Shown one piece after another: positions 48,960 through 62,129 of a DNA stretch of 64,000 bases. Position 1 is the stretch's first letter. The number at the start of each line of letters is the position of its first letter. Under the pieces are notes generated by a model. That model saw only the letters and a program-made list of their open reading frames with translations, ran no database searches and was not told the DNA's origin. The DNA is from Heterodontus francisci (lineage: Eukaryota), in assembly GCF_036365525.1 (NCBI RefSeq), contig NC_090373.1, positions 119,713,909 to 119,777,908 on the forward strand, read 5' to 3'. The translations under genes and the position numbers were made by a program.

Positions 48960-50500
48960 ACAAATGACTGAAGGCATTGGATATAGCAAAGATTATGGGC
49001 CCGGACAACATTCCAGCTATAGTATTCTGTGCTCCAGAACTAGCTGATACTCTAGCCGAGCTGTTCTGGAACAGCTACGACACTGGTATCTACCAGACAA
49101 TGTGGAAAATTGCCCAGGTATGTCCTATCTATAAAAACAGGACAAATCCAATTTGGCCAATTACCGCCCCATCCGTCTACTCTTGATCATCAGCAAAGTG
49201 ATGGAAGGTGTCATTGACGGTGCTATCAAGTGGAATTTATTCAGCAATAACCTGCCCCACCAATGCTCAGTTTGGGTTCCAGAAGGGCCACTCGGTTTCA
49301 GACCTCATTACAGTCATGTCCAAACATGGGCAAAAGAGCTGAATTCAACAGGTGAGAGTGACTACCCTTAATATCAAGATAGTATTTGATCAAGTCAGCA
49401 TCTAGAAGCCCTAGCAAAATTGAAGTCAATGGGAATCGGGGGAAAACTTTCCACTGGTTAGAGCCATACTTAGCACAAAGGATGATGATTGTGGTTGTTG
49501 TCTTAGCCCCAGGACATTGCTGCAAGAGTTCCTCAGGGTAGTCTCCTAGGCCCAACCATCTTCAGTTGCTTCATCAATGACCTTCCCTCCATCATTAGGT
49601 CAGAAGAGGGGATGTTCACTAATGATTGCAGTGCTCAGTACCATTCACAATTCCTGTGATACTGAAGCAGTCCATGGCCTTCTACAGCAAGACCTGGACA
49701 ACATTCAGGCTTGGCCTGATAAGTGGCAAGTGAGATTCATGCCATACCAGTGCCATGCAATGACCATCTTCAACAAGAGAGAATCTGACCACCTTCCCTT
49801 GACATTCAGTGGCATTGCCAAATGCCCTATCATCAACATCCTAGGGGTTACCATTGACCAGAAACTTAACTGGACCAGACATATAAATACTGTGGCTACG
49901 AAAGAAAGTCAGAGGCTGAGAATTCTGTGGCGAGTAACTCACCACCTGACTCCCCAAAGCCTATCCGCTATCTACAAAGCACAAGTTACGAATGTGATGG
50001 AACACTCTCCACTTGCCTGGATGAGTACAGCTCCCAACAACTCAAGAAGCTCAACAACATCCAGGACAAAGCAGTCCACTTGATTGCCACGCCATCCACC
50101 ACTTTAAACATTCACCCACTCCACCACCAGCGCACCATAGCTGCAGTGTGTACCGTGTACAAAATGTACTGCCACAACTCATCAAGGTTGTTTTGATAGC
50201 ACTTCCCAAACCCATGACCTCTACCACCTAGAAGGACAAGGACAGCAGGTGCGTGGAAACACCACCACCTCCAAGTCCCCCTTAAGTCACACGCCATTCA
50301 ACTTGGAAATATATCACAATTCCCTCATCGTTGCTGCATCAAACTCCTAGAACTCCCTACTTAACAGCACTGTAGAAGTACCTTCACCATACAGACTGCA
50401 GTGGTTCAAGCAGGTGGCTCACCACGATCTTCTCAAGGGCAACAAGGAATGTTCAATTAATGCTGCCCTTGTCAGCAATGTCCACTTGAACGAATAACTA
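48960..50500 (+). mobile_element. Older, 5'-truncated copy of the tRNA-headed LINE family (RT to 3' end)
   Basis: Reads GPDNIPA, NYRPI, QQDLDNIQAW, IDQKLNW, and ends with the family 3' motif CTTCTCAAGGGCAA. Confidence 0.85.
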
Positions 50501-50706
50501 AAAATCTTCAATTGATCTTTTTCCCTGTTAACATACATTTATCATTTTTGTCACTATTTATGTACAGTATAAGATATCCCTTGCTGTAATGTTGTAATGT
50601 CCTGTGTCATAAGGAATTATCAGGTCCCCGTGAGAGGAATTTGACAAAAAATGAGTTTCTGGTGTGTTTCTCTTCTGTTTCTAATAATACTATCTTTTTT
50701 TTTTAG

Positions 50707-50728
50707 ATCCTTTACAATACGTTTCTGA
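50707..50728 (+). CDS. CIB4: CIB4-like last coding exon (SFTIRF*)
   Basis: Long poly-T tract plus AG acceptor. Completes AA+A = K and gives the CIB-typical terminal SFxIxF stop. Confidence 0.85.
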
Positions 50729-51375
50729 GTGAACAAAACAGACTGGATGAGAGTTCAAAAAGTAACAAGTGAAGAAATGCAAAGCATTCAAGCATCTTAT
50801 TTAATATTGACCACTACTGAATTATAAATTGTGAATCAGCAAGTTCTTTAAATGATATTAAGTCACGTATTCCACAGCTTTTTAATTTAATGTTATACAT
50901 TTTCCTGTGAGTACAATTCATATTTGTATATTTTTGATGACATTTACATGTGCCATTATTTTTTTCATTCGCAGAGATGATGGGCGTTTTTCATCTTCTC
51001 AGAATTGTTCCACATGAACTAATGAATATGATACATCCGTTGCTAGTGTGTATAATTTGCGTAATTCCCATTGTCATCAAAGAAAGGCACAAGTGGTTGG
51101 AAATTTAGACTTAAAAATGACATGAAGCAGATAATTAGACCATGTAACAGTCAACCGAGCAGCTCAATATTTTTTCTGCATTTCCACTAATCCAGTAGCT
51201 TAATCAATTGCAAATTTCTTATTATCTCATCCTAATGGCCAAAAATAAGAAGAGCTGCTGTTTTTAGTGTTACCAACAGACGTGTATATACTACTAATGC
51301 TTCAGTCAAATCTATTTTGTTTTTCAGAATAGTTAAAAAAAACGGTGGTTTGTTAATTTTATATTTGAGAATATC

Positions 51376-51381
51376 AATAAA
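51376..51381 (+). terminator. Candidate polyadenylation signal of the CIB gene
   Basis: AATAAA ~650 nt after the stop codon, followed by GT/T-rich sequence. Confidence 0.45.
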
Positions 51382-51689
51382 GGCAATGTTTGTCTTGTTT
51401 CCCTAATGAATTATAAATTGAAAGCAGATGAATGCAAGTGCTGCCAAATCCAACACCTATCGCCATGAAGGCAATACAAGTTTTTCTAGAAATGCATGGG
51501 ATAGATTTTCCTGTTTCTGCACTTGGGCATGTTGGATTGGTAGGTTGCAGTGCATTGGGAAAATTAGGTGGAAGGATTGCACACCCAAAAGGAAGTCTGT
51601 CTGATTTTCTGTCTATTTATTTATCTCTAAGCACTTTTATTTATTGTTTATATTCTTCATTATTTGCTTTCCTTTCACTGTTGAACTTT

Positions 51690-52445
51690 CAGCATCACAA
51701 AAAAGCAAACCAAGCAGTGGGGTTCATTTTTAGGGGGATAGAATTGAAAAGCAAAGAGGTTAAACTCGTATCAAACCTTGGTTAGACCCCATGGAGTACT
51801 GTGCACAGTTCTGGTCTCTATATTATAAAAAGGACACAGACATTGGATAAAAAGCAAAAAAAGATTCACAAGGATGATTCCAGAACTGAGGATATACGTA
51901 TCAGGAAAGGCTGAACAAGCTAGGGTCTTTTCTGTAGGAAAGGAAAAGCTGAGGGGTGACCTGATAAGAGGTCTTTAAAATTCTGTAAAGGTTTAGTGGG
52001 TAGACATGGAGAAAATGTTATATGAAAAGGAAGAATGTGCAGGGTTATGGGAAGAAGGCGGGGGAACGGAACTGAGTGAATTGCTCTTTTGGAGAGCTGG
52101 TGCAGACACGATGGGCTGAATGGCCTCCTTCTGCACTGTGACAATTCTGTGATTCTGATAATGTTTCTACTTGTGGGAAAATAGTCACCTATTAATCCAA
52201 TAGGGAATTCAGGAACAACTTCTTTACCGAAAGAATGGTAAGATTGTGGAGCTCACCACCACAAGGAGTGGTTGAGGCAAATAGCATAGATGCATTTAAG
52301 TGGAAGCTAGATAAGCAGGTGAGGGAGAAAGGAATAGTAGGACTTGCTGATAAGGTTAGATGAAGAACAGTGGGAGGTAGCTTTTGTGGAGCATAAACAC
52401 CAGCATAGTCCAGCTGGACCGAATGACCTGTTTCTGTGCTGTAGA
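51690..52445 (+). mobile_element. CR1 3' fragment with a nested CR1 tail (~52020-52157)
   Basis: Reads EYCAQFWS and KRFTRMIP; two CR1-type 3' ends. Confidence 0.75.
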
Positions 52446-52867
52446 CTCTTAAGTAAACGCAAGAGAGCAGAAATTTAAACTGCTTCCAGTCTTTTGTTGA
52501 TGCTATTCTATTACTGACTGCTTGATGTACAAGAGCATTTTGGAATCAGATTTCTCACCATTTAAGCCATGTGGTGCAGTGACATATCTACCCACATGAG
52601 AAGGTTGGTAAGCAGTGACTACTTATGCCACTTTATGAATGTCAATGCTGCATAGCTGCATTTCTGTTTTATGGCCAGAATGTATTTGCAGTGCTGAGAT
52701 TGCACTTATCCCATTATCTGAAATGGCTGCATCTCAAATTTTACACCTCACTTCCGACAATATTTGTTTTTAGTCACTGGATGTGTTGGGAGAGCAGATC
52801 AGAAGATTCCTGATGGGTCTGCCTATGGGTTTAACACATTAAAAGTCTACCCAGGTGGCCATGTTTA

Positions 52868-53425
52868 CTGAAATAAAAACAAGAAATGCTGGAAATACTC
52901 AGCAGGTCTGGCAGCATCTGTGGAGAGAGAAGCAGAGTTAAAGTTTCAGTTCAGTGACCCTTCTTCAGAACTAGCACATATTAGAAATGTGAAAGGTTTT
53001 AAGCAAATAAAGTGGGGGTGGGGCAAGACATAACAAAGGAGAAGGTGTAGATAGGACAAGGTCACAGAGAATAACCAACCAGAAGGTCATGGAGCAAAGG
53101 CAAACAATATGTTAATGGTGTGTTGAAAGACAAAGCATTAGTACAGATAGGGTATTAACAGACTGAAAACTGAACAGCCACAAGTACCTACATGAAAAAA
53201 AACAGTGGGTAAGCAAATTGAACAAACTAAGATAAAATAAAATAAACACACAAAAAATAAAAAATAACTAAAAATAAAAGTTAAACGGGGGGCCAGTCAT
53301 GCTCTGAAATTATTGAACTCAATGTTCAGTCGGCCAGGCTGTAGTTTGCCTAATCGGTAAATGAGATGCTGTTCCTCGAGCTTGCCTTGATGTTCACTGG
53401 AACACTGCAGCAAGCCCAGGACATG
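52868..53425 (-). mobile_element. Penelope pLTR fragment with a variant hammerhead (52936-52972)
   Basis: Homologous to 42250-42688; core CTGAAGA..GAAA. Confidence 0.8.
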
Positions 53426-54611
53426 TTCCATGTTCACTGGAAGCTTTTTGCAACTGATGAGCTCCACAGGCTATTGACAGTACAAACAACATAAATTTCA
53501 CAATTGTCATTTGAAAAAAATACTGGTTACTGGCTATTAGTTTGGACAGGCTGTCTGATACTTATTAGTTGTGTTCTTATTTTAGGGAAAGGTGCTTGAA
53601 TTAGACTTCTGCTACCTCTTACAGGTCTGAATTTACCTCCCTACTTAGGAAATACGCATCTGTTTCCAAGGTTCTGCGGTTTTTTATTTGGAGTTAGTCC
53701 ATTGAAATGCTTGTGCAGGGACACTTTGCACAATACATTTCCTTAAGAAGATGCAAAGCAACTGAATAGCAACAAAGTTTACTGGTTACTTCTCGAGTGC
53801 AATTTAAAGGGGAAATCAGTTTAAGAACAGACATACAGATTTTGTTGTAATTTGCTTTTAATTAGGTCGAAGAACTAGTAAAAGGATCAAAACATGATTT
53901 GTGTAGCTACGTTACAATTAGACTTCATAATCAGTCACAATTAAGATTGAATAATAATTATTGGAAATGTTCGTTAAAGTCATGACTGCAGAAGTAGTTA
54001 CTGAATTAAGCGGTTAACGCTGTAATTGGACAAGAAATATTATGCGTGTTACTATAATATAGGCAGTAGAAATAATAAACTATCAGTGTTCTCAAAAATA
54101 GAACACTCGAGCAGTTGACTATGAAATCGGACATGACCGATTGATCTGCGTCCTAGAGTTTGCAAAACATAATCGATTCTTGCTGGTCGTGTTACAGTTC
54201 ACAAAAAAGAGAAATATTTTAAAGTGTAAAAAAAATCACATCTTAAAATTTGATTCACGCATTCTTCTGAAGCAAAGTACATGCCGTTCATAATTTGTAA
54301 AAGACATACCATATTTTATCTGAATAGGTGCAAGGTTTCAAACAGGTAACCTGCCTGTTTGTGCAGTGAGTGTAATGAGTGGGGACATATTAACAGCGCT
54401 AATGAATAGCTTATCAGCCTGAGGGACTCTCCCAGTATTGTTGCCATCGCCTCCAGTAATTATAGGTTCAGTCTGAATTCTAGACATTGTAGAATCAATT
54501 TCTGATCGATTATTTAAAAAAAGTAATTTGTGATTTAGATTGTTAAAGTTTGGATCATGACAAAATTCCACGAAGCTATGATCGGAGTGCGTTGAACAGC
54601 AAGTATTTGAA

Positions 54612-54990
54612 AGAAAGCTTTACATTTATATAATGTCTTTCACAACCTCAGATTGTTCCAAAGCACTTCTTCACAGACAATGAAGTACTTTTGAAGTGTA
54701 GTCACTGTTGTAAGAAATACGAGGCCAATTTGCACACAGCAAGCTCTCACAACTAGCAATGTGATAACGGCCAGATTTTTTTTGCGATGTTGATTGAGGG
54801 ATACGTTTTGGTCAGGACATCTGGAATAACTCCCTGCAATTCTTCAAAACATTGTCATAGGATCTTTTAAGGATAAATGGGGCCTTGGTTTAATGTCTCA
54901 TCCGAAAGAGAAAGATGGCACTTCCAGCAGTGCAGCACTCCCTCAGTATTGAACTGGAGTGTCAGCCTAGATTTTTGTGCTCAAATCCTG
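54612..54990 (-). mobile_element. DeuSINE
   Basis: Reverse complement of the core and tail of 29309-29761. Confidence 0.8.
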
Positions 54991-55085
54991 CATTTCTGTT
55001 TATTCTTCTTCTGCTGTTCAAGACAAATCAACTCCAAAACTAAAGAAAGATGTCTGTTGAGACCAAATATTTATTTTGCAACTTT

Positions 55086-55415
55086 TAGCACCGCAGCCTC
55101 ACAGCTCCAGCGACCCGGGTTCAATTCTGGGTACTGCCTGTGTGGAGTTTGCAAGTTCTCCCTGTGTCTGTGTGGGTTTCCTCCGGGTGCTCCGGTTTCC
55201 TCCCACATGCCAAAGACTTGCAGGTTGATAGGTTAATTGGCCATTATAAATTGCCCCTAGTATAGGTAGGAGGGAGGGAAATATAGGGACAGGTGGGGAT
55301 GTGGTAGGGACATGGGATTAGTGTAGGATTAGTATAAATGGGTGGTTGATGGTCGGCACAGACTCGGTGGGCTGAAGGACCTGTTTCAGTGCTGTATCTC
55401 TAAACTAAACTAAAC
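55086..55415 (+). mobile_element. V-SINE (HE1-like)
   Basis: B box GGTTCAATTC, V-domain and (TAAAC)n tail. Confidence 0.9.
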
Positions 55416-55639
55416 CCTATGATTTTTACAATAAATAATAATAGCAACGAAGAGCACTTAGTTTAGGGTCATAGCATGATATTACATGTATTTTAATGTG
55501 ATGGTCTTTGAATTGATTTTTAACTAAATGTTGAAAATCATCAGGTAGATTGTTCATGGTACTATTGAGGTTAATGCAGATGGATAATTCGATTTAAATT
55601 TCAGGAAAGTTGATCGATACTAAGGTCAATAGGACATCA

Positions 55640-56132
55640 AGGCCTTGGAGAGGTTGGAGAGATTTACTGGACTGATGCTAAATATGAGGGACTGCAGTTG
55701 TGAAGAGAAGCTGGAGTTATTCTCCTCAGAGCAGAAAAAGTTAAGAGGAGATTTGATAGACATGTGCAAAATCATGAATGGTTTTGATAGGGCAAGTAAG
55801 AGGAACTTTTCTTTTCCAATAGCAAGTAGTCTCAGTAACCACAGGAGACAGATTTAAGGCAATTGGCAAAAGAACCAGAGAGGACCTGAGGAAACATTTT
55901 ATTCACAGCGAGTTGTTGTGATCTTGAATACACGGCCTGAAATGATAATGGAAGCAGATTCAATACGAACATTCAAAAAAGAATTTGATAATATTATCTG
56001 TAGTATATATACTGGAAGACATGTAAAAAGCTATGGGGAAAGGACAGGAGACTGGGATTAATTGGATAGTTTACCAGTAAAGATAGAATGGGCCGATTGG
56101 CTTCCTTGAGCGCTGTATCATTCCGTGATTCA
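55640..56132 (+). mobile_element. Old CR1 3' fragment
   Basis: Reads LRGDLIDMCKIMNGFDR, followed by a CR1 tail. Confidence 0.75.
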
Positions 56133-56484
56133 ATGATAATCCATGACAAAAACGGAAGTAGAGAGCGAATTTTGGAAGCAGTTCATTGAAATACTTCAGA
56201 CTTTCCAATTGTTCAGTGGATAACCGCTGACAGAATATGTGCGAGAAATAACTGTGGAAGGGGTGACACATATTGTGCAGCAGTATTGATATCTGATAAT
56301 AATAAGCAACCTATTTTAGTACTAGCGGCAGCCTAAAGGATCGATAGGCAAATAAACGCGGAGAGGGAGTAATAAGAGCGAGAGAACATTGAGCACTATG
56401 AGGTCAGAGAAGTGGATAGATACGGTCCAGTCGTGAAAAGGTTGACAGATTCATTGTTTTCAGAGGGGAAATGAGGTTGTGAAG

Positions 56485-57406
56485 ATGGGTGATTGGAATT
56501 TGCTAGGAAGCATTTTGGAAGAGGTGCACGTTCACTCAACCATCATGGGGAAGATCTGGTTGACAATCCTGTTCATTTTCAGGATGTTGGTTCTTGGGGT
56601 GGCTGCTGAAGATGTTTGGGATGATGAACAAGTTGAATTCATCTGCAACACAGAGCAACCAGGCTGCAGGAACGTTTGCTACGATAAGGCTTTCCCCATT
56701 TCTCTCATAAGGTACTGGGTCCTACAAATTATTTTCGTCTCTTCGCCGTCCTTGGTTTACATGGGTCACGCACTCTATCGGCTAAGAGCACTCGAGAAAG
56801 AAAGGCAGCGGAAGAAAGTCCACCTCCGAACCGAACTGGAAGACATTGAGCCGGCGATGGAGGAGCACAAAAGGTTGGAAAAAGAACTGAGAAAGTTGGA
56901 AGAGCAGCGCAAGGTAAATAAGGCACCTCTCCGGGGTTCACTGTTACGCACTTACGTCCTCCAGATACTGACCAGATTAGTGATGGAAATTGGTTTCATG
57001 GTGGGTCAATATCTCCTGTACGGATTTCGACTTGATCCTCTCTACAAGTGCCTACGATCACCCTGCCCCAATACTGTGGATTGTTTCGTTTCCAGGCCCA
57101 CAGAAAAGACTATTTTCATCGTCTTCATGCTCAGCATAGCTGCTTTCTCCTTGTTTTTGAATATACTTGAAATCATTCACTTAGGAATCAGAAAAATCAA
57201 ACAGGGACTTTACCAGGAGTCAGAGCTGAGCATCTACAAATCGAAGAAGAGCTCAGTTGTGCAGCAAGTTTGCATTATGACCAACTCCTCACCTCACAAA
57301 CTTGTCCCTATGGCGCTTCGTAGTTATAAGCTTTTACCAGAACAGCAGGGATATCCAGGAAACCTTCCTATCTTGCTGACTTCGACGACGCTTAGCATGA
57401 TTAAAG
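56485..57406 (+). CDS. GJA10: Gap junction alpha-10 (Cx57/Cx62-type connexin), coding exon 1: N-terminus, four TM helices, proximal tail
   Basis: [15 protein letters not shown]; extracellular loops [12 protein letters not shown] and [20 protein letters not shown]; GJA9/10-type [17 protein letters not shown] tttcAG acceptor at 56462-56463 precedes the ATG; AAG/GTGAGG donor (phase 1). Confidence 0.93.
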
Positions 57407-57421
57407 GTGAGGCCTGTATTA

Positions 57422-57773
57422 TTTAGTTTAGTTTTAGTTTAGTTTAGAGATCCAGCACTGAAACAGGCCCTTCGGCCCACCGAGTCTGTGCCGACCATCA
57501 ACCACCCATTTATACTAATCCTACACTAATCCCATATTCCTACCACATCCCCACCTGTCCCTATATATTTCCCTACCAACTACCTACAGTAGGGGCAATT
57601 TATAATGGCCAATTAACCTGTCAACCTGCAAGTCTTTGGCATGTGGGAGGAAACCGGAGCACCCGGAGGAAACCCACGCAGACACAGGGAGAACTTGCAA
57701 ACTCCGCACAGGCAGTACCCAGAATCGAACCCGGGTCCCTGGAGCTGTGAGGCTGCGGTGCTAACCACTGCCC
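57422..57773 (-). mobile_element. V-SINE (HE1-like) in the connexin intron
   Basis: Near-identical to the other V-SINE copies; (TAAAC)n tail at the left end. Confidence 0.92.
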
Positions 57774-59572
57774 CATAGAACATAGAAACACCGATTTATT
57801 TTTGTTTCTGCTGCATGAGATATGAAGATCTAAAGAATGTCTTTACACATTAATATTATAATATCAGATATTTGGTTTGAGTCTCCACATCATTCAACTG
57901 GTGAAGCAGTAACCTTTAAACAAATTGTGTAGATTTTTATCACACCTTTTTAGATTTAACATATTTTAAACACTTGTTTTAAAAATGTCTGTAATCATTA
58001 ATGCTTAAATTTTGTTTTGTGCTGATTTAATTGATCTCAGCCAGGACAGTAGTAGACATAATTAGCCTCAGCATCCATAGATTAGAGGAGTGTTGTCCAA
58101 TAGAAATCACTGACAAGTCACAAGCATAGGCTACACTGTTTAGCTACATGCACTCGGTTTAGTAGAAAACATATTACACACAATACAGGCAACTGTACTA
58201 CCTGTGTACATTTACTTAGCAAACATAGAACAACATTCAGTGCAAAACTTTCCAATCTTTCTCTTTCACCATAGCTACATATTCAGGCATGAATTGATCA
58301 GACAATTATGCCTATTACTCATGTTTTATTTACTAATGAAATTGCAATTCACCGCATCTGGATTCCTAATTCACCACATGTGGTTAGTAGCTAATGTATT
58401 GGACAAAACTAGGTTGGAGAATGGAAAGTTGATTATTATACGGAGACTCCTGCTAATAGTGCACATGTTTGGATGTTGATTGCGGTCAGGTCTCACCATA
58501 TTTGAGTAGCCCACTTACATTCATGGATTAAGCTTGCACATGAAGAGTGTCCATCCAGCAAGGAGTCTGCACTTTCAGGAGAGGAAGAGGGAGGTGTGAA
58601 AATTAGCAGAAAACAATGATGGAATGGAAAAAAACAGAGTATGGGGATGCTGTTAACAAGTACTGTACTTACACTGCATACAGCGGTGAGCAAATTTTAG
58701 TGTCAACATATTATGATTTCTTTTTTTAGCAATGCTAGATGCAAAGTGTGAAAATATTCATTCTTGAAATCCTAATAAAGATCATATCTTAATATGCATT
58801 ATAAAAACAGACATTTTTTTTGTTTCCTAATACAATCATTTATTTTTCAAGATGAACTCCAGCTTAATAGAATATCTACTTCCGTAACAGTTTTCCAATC
58901 ACGTGATGAACCAACTTCATTTATTGATCTTCTCTTACTGAAATTGCATTGTAACCACATGATACAGCATTTCAGAACAAATTATAAACTAAAAGAAATG
59001 TATTCAAAAATGAATGGAAAAAGGATGACAATATAAAAACAAGTCTAAACTTATATATTGTGCATGTGGAAATCATAACAAGCATGGAAAGTTGCCTTGT
59101 TACATTGGAGCCTGGACTGACTTAAGCCATTTAAATAAAGCAGCAAATTCAACCTATTTGCTTGATAAATCATCAAATGAACGGTTGATTCGAATTAACC
59201 CACTTCAAATTAAGAGGAGTACACATTATAGCAAAAAAAAAAGATTGAGGTCTTGTCATCTCTATACTTACAACCATCAATCTTTTCAGTATTAACAGCA
59301 TCAAATAAAATTGGATTGATCTGTTTATTAGCAGCATCAGTACTTTTGCCTACAGGTTTGCATGAACTTTGACCAAATATATTGTGACAGTTAAACAGAT
59401 CAACTAGCATGTAAGCATTATAGAGTCATTACATTGCTTCGTGCCATTATAGAATTCCTGTCTAATGAACAGGTACATATTAAATAGAGAATATGTTTAA
59501 TCCATTGCATGCAAGTAAATACATTTAACTGAACTCAGATGAATGCCTAACGTCTTCATTTATGAATTTAAG

Positions 59573-60123
59573 AACCAACTGATCAGGCTGGAAGAGACTA
59601 TGCAATGGATCAATCTCAACAAGACCAGGAGCAACACATTAGAGAACATCATAATGACTACGTTGGTGAGCACTCAAATCAAATGAGGCACGTGCACCAC
59701 ACATTAGAAATTCAAAATCACTCATTCAATAGTGATACTGCCTCTAAAAAGCCCCATCAGAATGGCATTGTTTCAAAAACCAGCCATGGTATTGATAATG
59801 CATTGGAACAAACTAAGCCAACAACGTACCCTTCAAGTCAAATGGAAATCCCAGCTCCAATCCGTAATACTCTCCGCAAACAGAGCCGAGTCAGTTCTTA
59901 CAAAGACTATCCAGAAGATTATGCTGATTCTCAAGATGGCAGTCAGCTTCCCACCGTCAGAAAGACCAGTTGCACTGGGTTTAAGTCAAAGATGATTTCT
60001 GAAAGCACAGTTGCCAGCCGACCTGAAAGTCCAGATTCTACAAATGTCTCTAGTTCTGAGTCAAAACCTAAAGAAGAGAGTCCACCTGTTACCCCTCCTC
60101 CTTCAGGGCGCAAAATGTCAATG
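59573..60123 (+). CDS. GJA10: GJA10 coding exon 2 (C-terminal tail: LRKQSRVS..SRPESPDS..PPSGRKMSM)
   Basis: CTAAC branch-like site then ttaAG acceptor, phase-1 compatible with exon 1. 551-nt open frame, Ser/Pro-rich connexin-tail motifs, ATG/GTAAGT donor. Confidence 0.82.
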
Positions 60124-60552
60124 GTAAGTATTACTTGTAAATAAACTTTTAGTAACCACTTCATGTAGGCTTTGAAATGATGCTGTTTGAATATTAGGAT
60201 ACACTACTGAATGGACTGAATTTTCAGAACACCTGCCTTGCGGAAGCATCGCATTAGCTTCCTGAAAATGGTGGGCAGTGACCTACCTCTCCATGGTCAC
60301 CGTCTCTACAATGGCAACAAAATCCCTAGGTCGAATGCTGGACAGCCTGAGAGGCCTCTGAGTCAGGAGACAGAACCATTTAATAGCCAATCGGGGTGCT
60401 ATAATATATATAGGCCCTGATGGTCATTTTTGGACTGAACTGATCTGACTTGGTGACTTGGCCAAAGAAGATCCCAAAAGTATTCTTTATTTTTGTAGGG
60501 CCAGAAGGTAATGTTGTTATAAAACTCTGTTTTAATAGGAAATTATGTAGAT

Positions 60553-60852
60553 CAGGGATTGCCAACACGTCGATCGCGAGCTAATGGTAGCTCATGTCGG
60601 CCTTTGAGTAGCTCGTATAAAGCTCCCGACAACGCAGTCCGATTGCCCACATCATCCTGCCAGCATTAATCCATGTATACACAATGACGTCACAACTGGA
60701 TGAGTGAGCGACGAAGAGGGGATTGCGAGCGGAGAGGAGGAGCAAATGGGCAGAGCGAGCGGGGGAAGGGACTGAATTGGGGGGGTGGTGACTGGTGATA
60801 TTTTCGCTTTAGCAGAAATAGCTCTCACGAAAGAAGAGGTTGGTGACCCCTG
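60553..60852. mobile_element. 300-bp hAT-type MITE
   Basis: TIRs CAGGGATTGCCAAC/GTTGGTGACCCCTG; 8-bp TSD ATGTAGAT/ATGCAGAT. Confidence 0.8.
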
Positions 60853-62129
60853 ATGCAGATCCTGAGGGGTTCGGGTGGGGGTGTTATGTGGTATAGGCAA
60901 ACAGCTCAGAGAAGAGTAACATTTTGCAGGGTCAACTTTATTTGTCCACCACATATAGCTGCAGCGTCACTAACCAAGTTGCACGGGGCCCTGCAGACTT
61001 GATGAAATTCTGGGGGCTAAGGCAATTTTTGCTGGAGGGCTTGCTGAGCATTGTAGAGGTGAGTAGAGCAAGCACAAACAATATGCCAAAGTTGGGGTTT
61101 CACATTCCATCCTTAAGGTACAAACTCAGGTGGGTGGGGCTGGAGGCGGTGGTTGGAGAAATGCAGAATCTCAATTTGATCCCCTGGTGGGTGTATGTAC
61201 ACCATTTTGTGGCCTGGTTGGTCTCCCAAATGTACTGATGACTTGTTCTTGTTAGACTGGAAATGTGGGAACTCCCGGCATTGAATGTCGCAATCCTACC
61301 CCCGCCCCCAATTCCCCCATGCAAGGAGCAGATGGAGGTTCCGTCCCTTACAAGGTCCCAAAATATATCTACATCCTGGCCTAATTTTCAGCCCAGCAAA
61401 GTTACAGAAGAAGTGCACAAGAAGGGCTATAGATTTCTAGCTCCAAAAGGGTAAAAATAGGTGTTTTATTCATAAGGCCAGCCATCACATTATTCATTTA
61501 AAAAGAAGTTTTACTTGAGAATGTGTTGGATTAGGTGCAAATAGCATTTTTCTGAGGAATACTTAAAGCTAACACCACTATACAATCTTATCCTATAACA
61601 TTCTTTCATTTAAAACAACCAGTGATAAAAAATATAGACTGTCGCTCCTTAGGCCTTTTGATTTTAGGATAGTTTCCACAGCGTGATTTAATTATGATTA
61701 TCAAAGAACGAATTTTAAAAGCCTGCTTAATAAACTAAATGCTATTTTTATTCATGAATAGCACAGTAAAATGACCACTCGTGTTTGCATGTATTGAAAT
61801 AGTTTAATAATTTGCAACTTCTAATGAATGACTTAATTTAAGTCTTTATTTTTGAGCACCTTTCGAGGTGTGGTTAAACAGTGAGTAAGGCTTCTGTCTT
61901 TGTCCTGTTTTCCCTTCAACATATCTGAACAAGTTTGTCAACTTGAAATGTGGGAAAAGAATAGATACCTATAAACAAATCCCTACATATTAGACAAGGT
62001 GGAAAGTTGGGATTGAAAATGATGCCATAGCAGAGTATGATAAGCCAATATATTTGTGACAGTCTTGTTAAGTATTCAAGAAGCCTGAATTGTAATTAAT
62101 GTGGTATTGGTCAAATGGAAATTTTAGTT

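Noticed and set aside
56479-57426. 315-aa single-exon connexin as given by the ORF track
   Set aside because: It starts at GTG two codons before the true ATG, and its stop lies in a SINE tail past a good splice donor.
59605-60144. Stand-alone 179-aa ORF
   Set aside because: Bounded by splice sites and phase-compatible with the connexin; it is a GJA10 exon.
60213-61394. Harbinger-type MITE hosting the small hAT element
   Set aside because: The termini resemble GGGCTGAATTTT but are degenerate and no TSD is readable; not listed as a feature.
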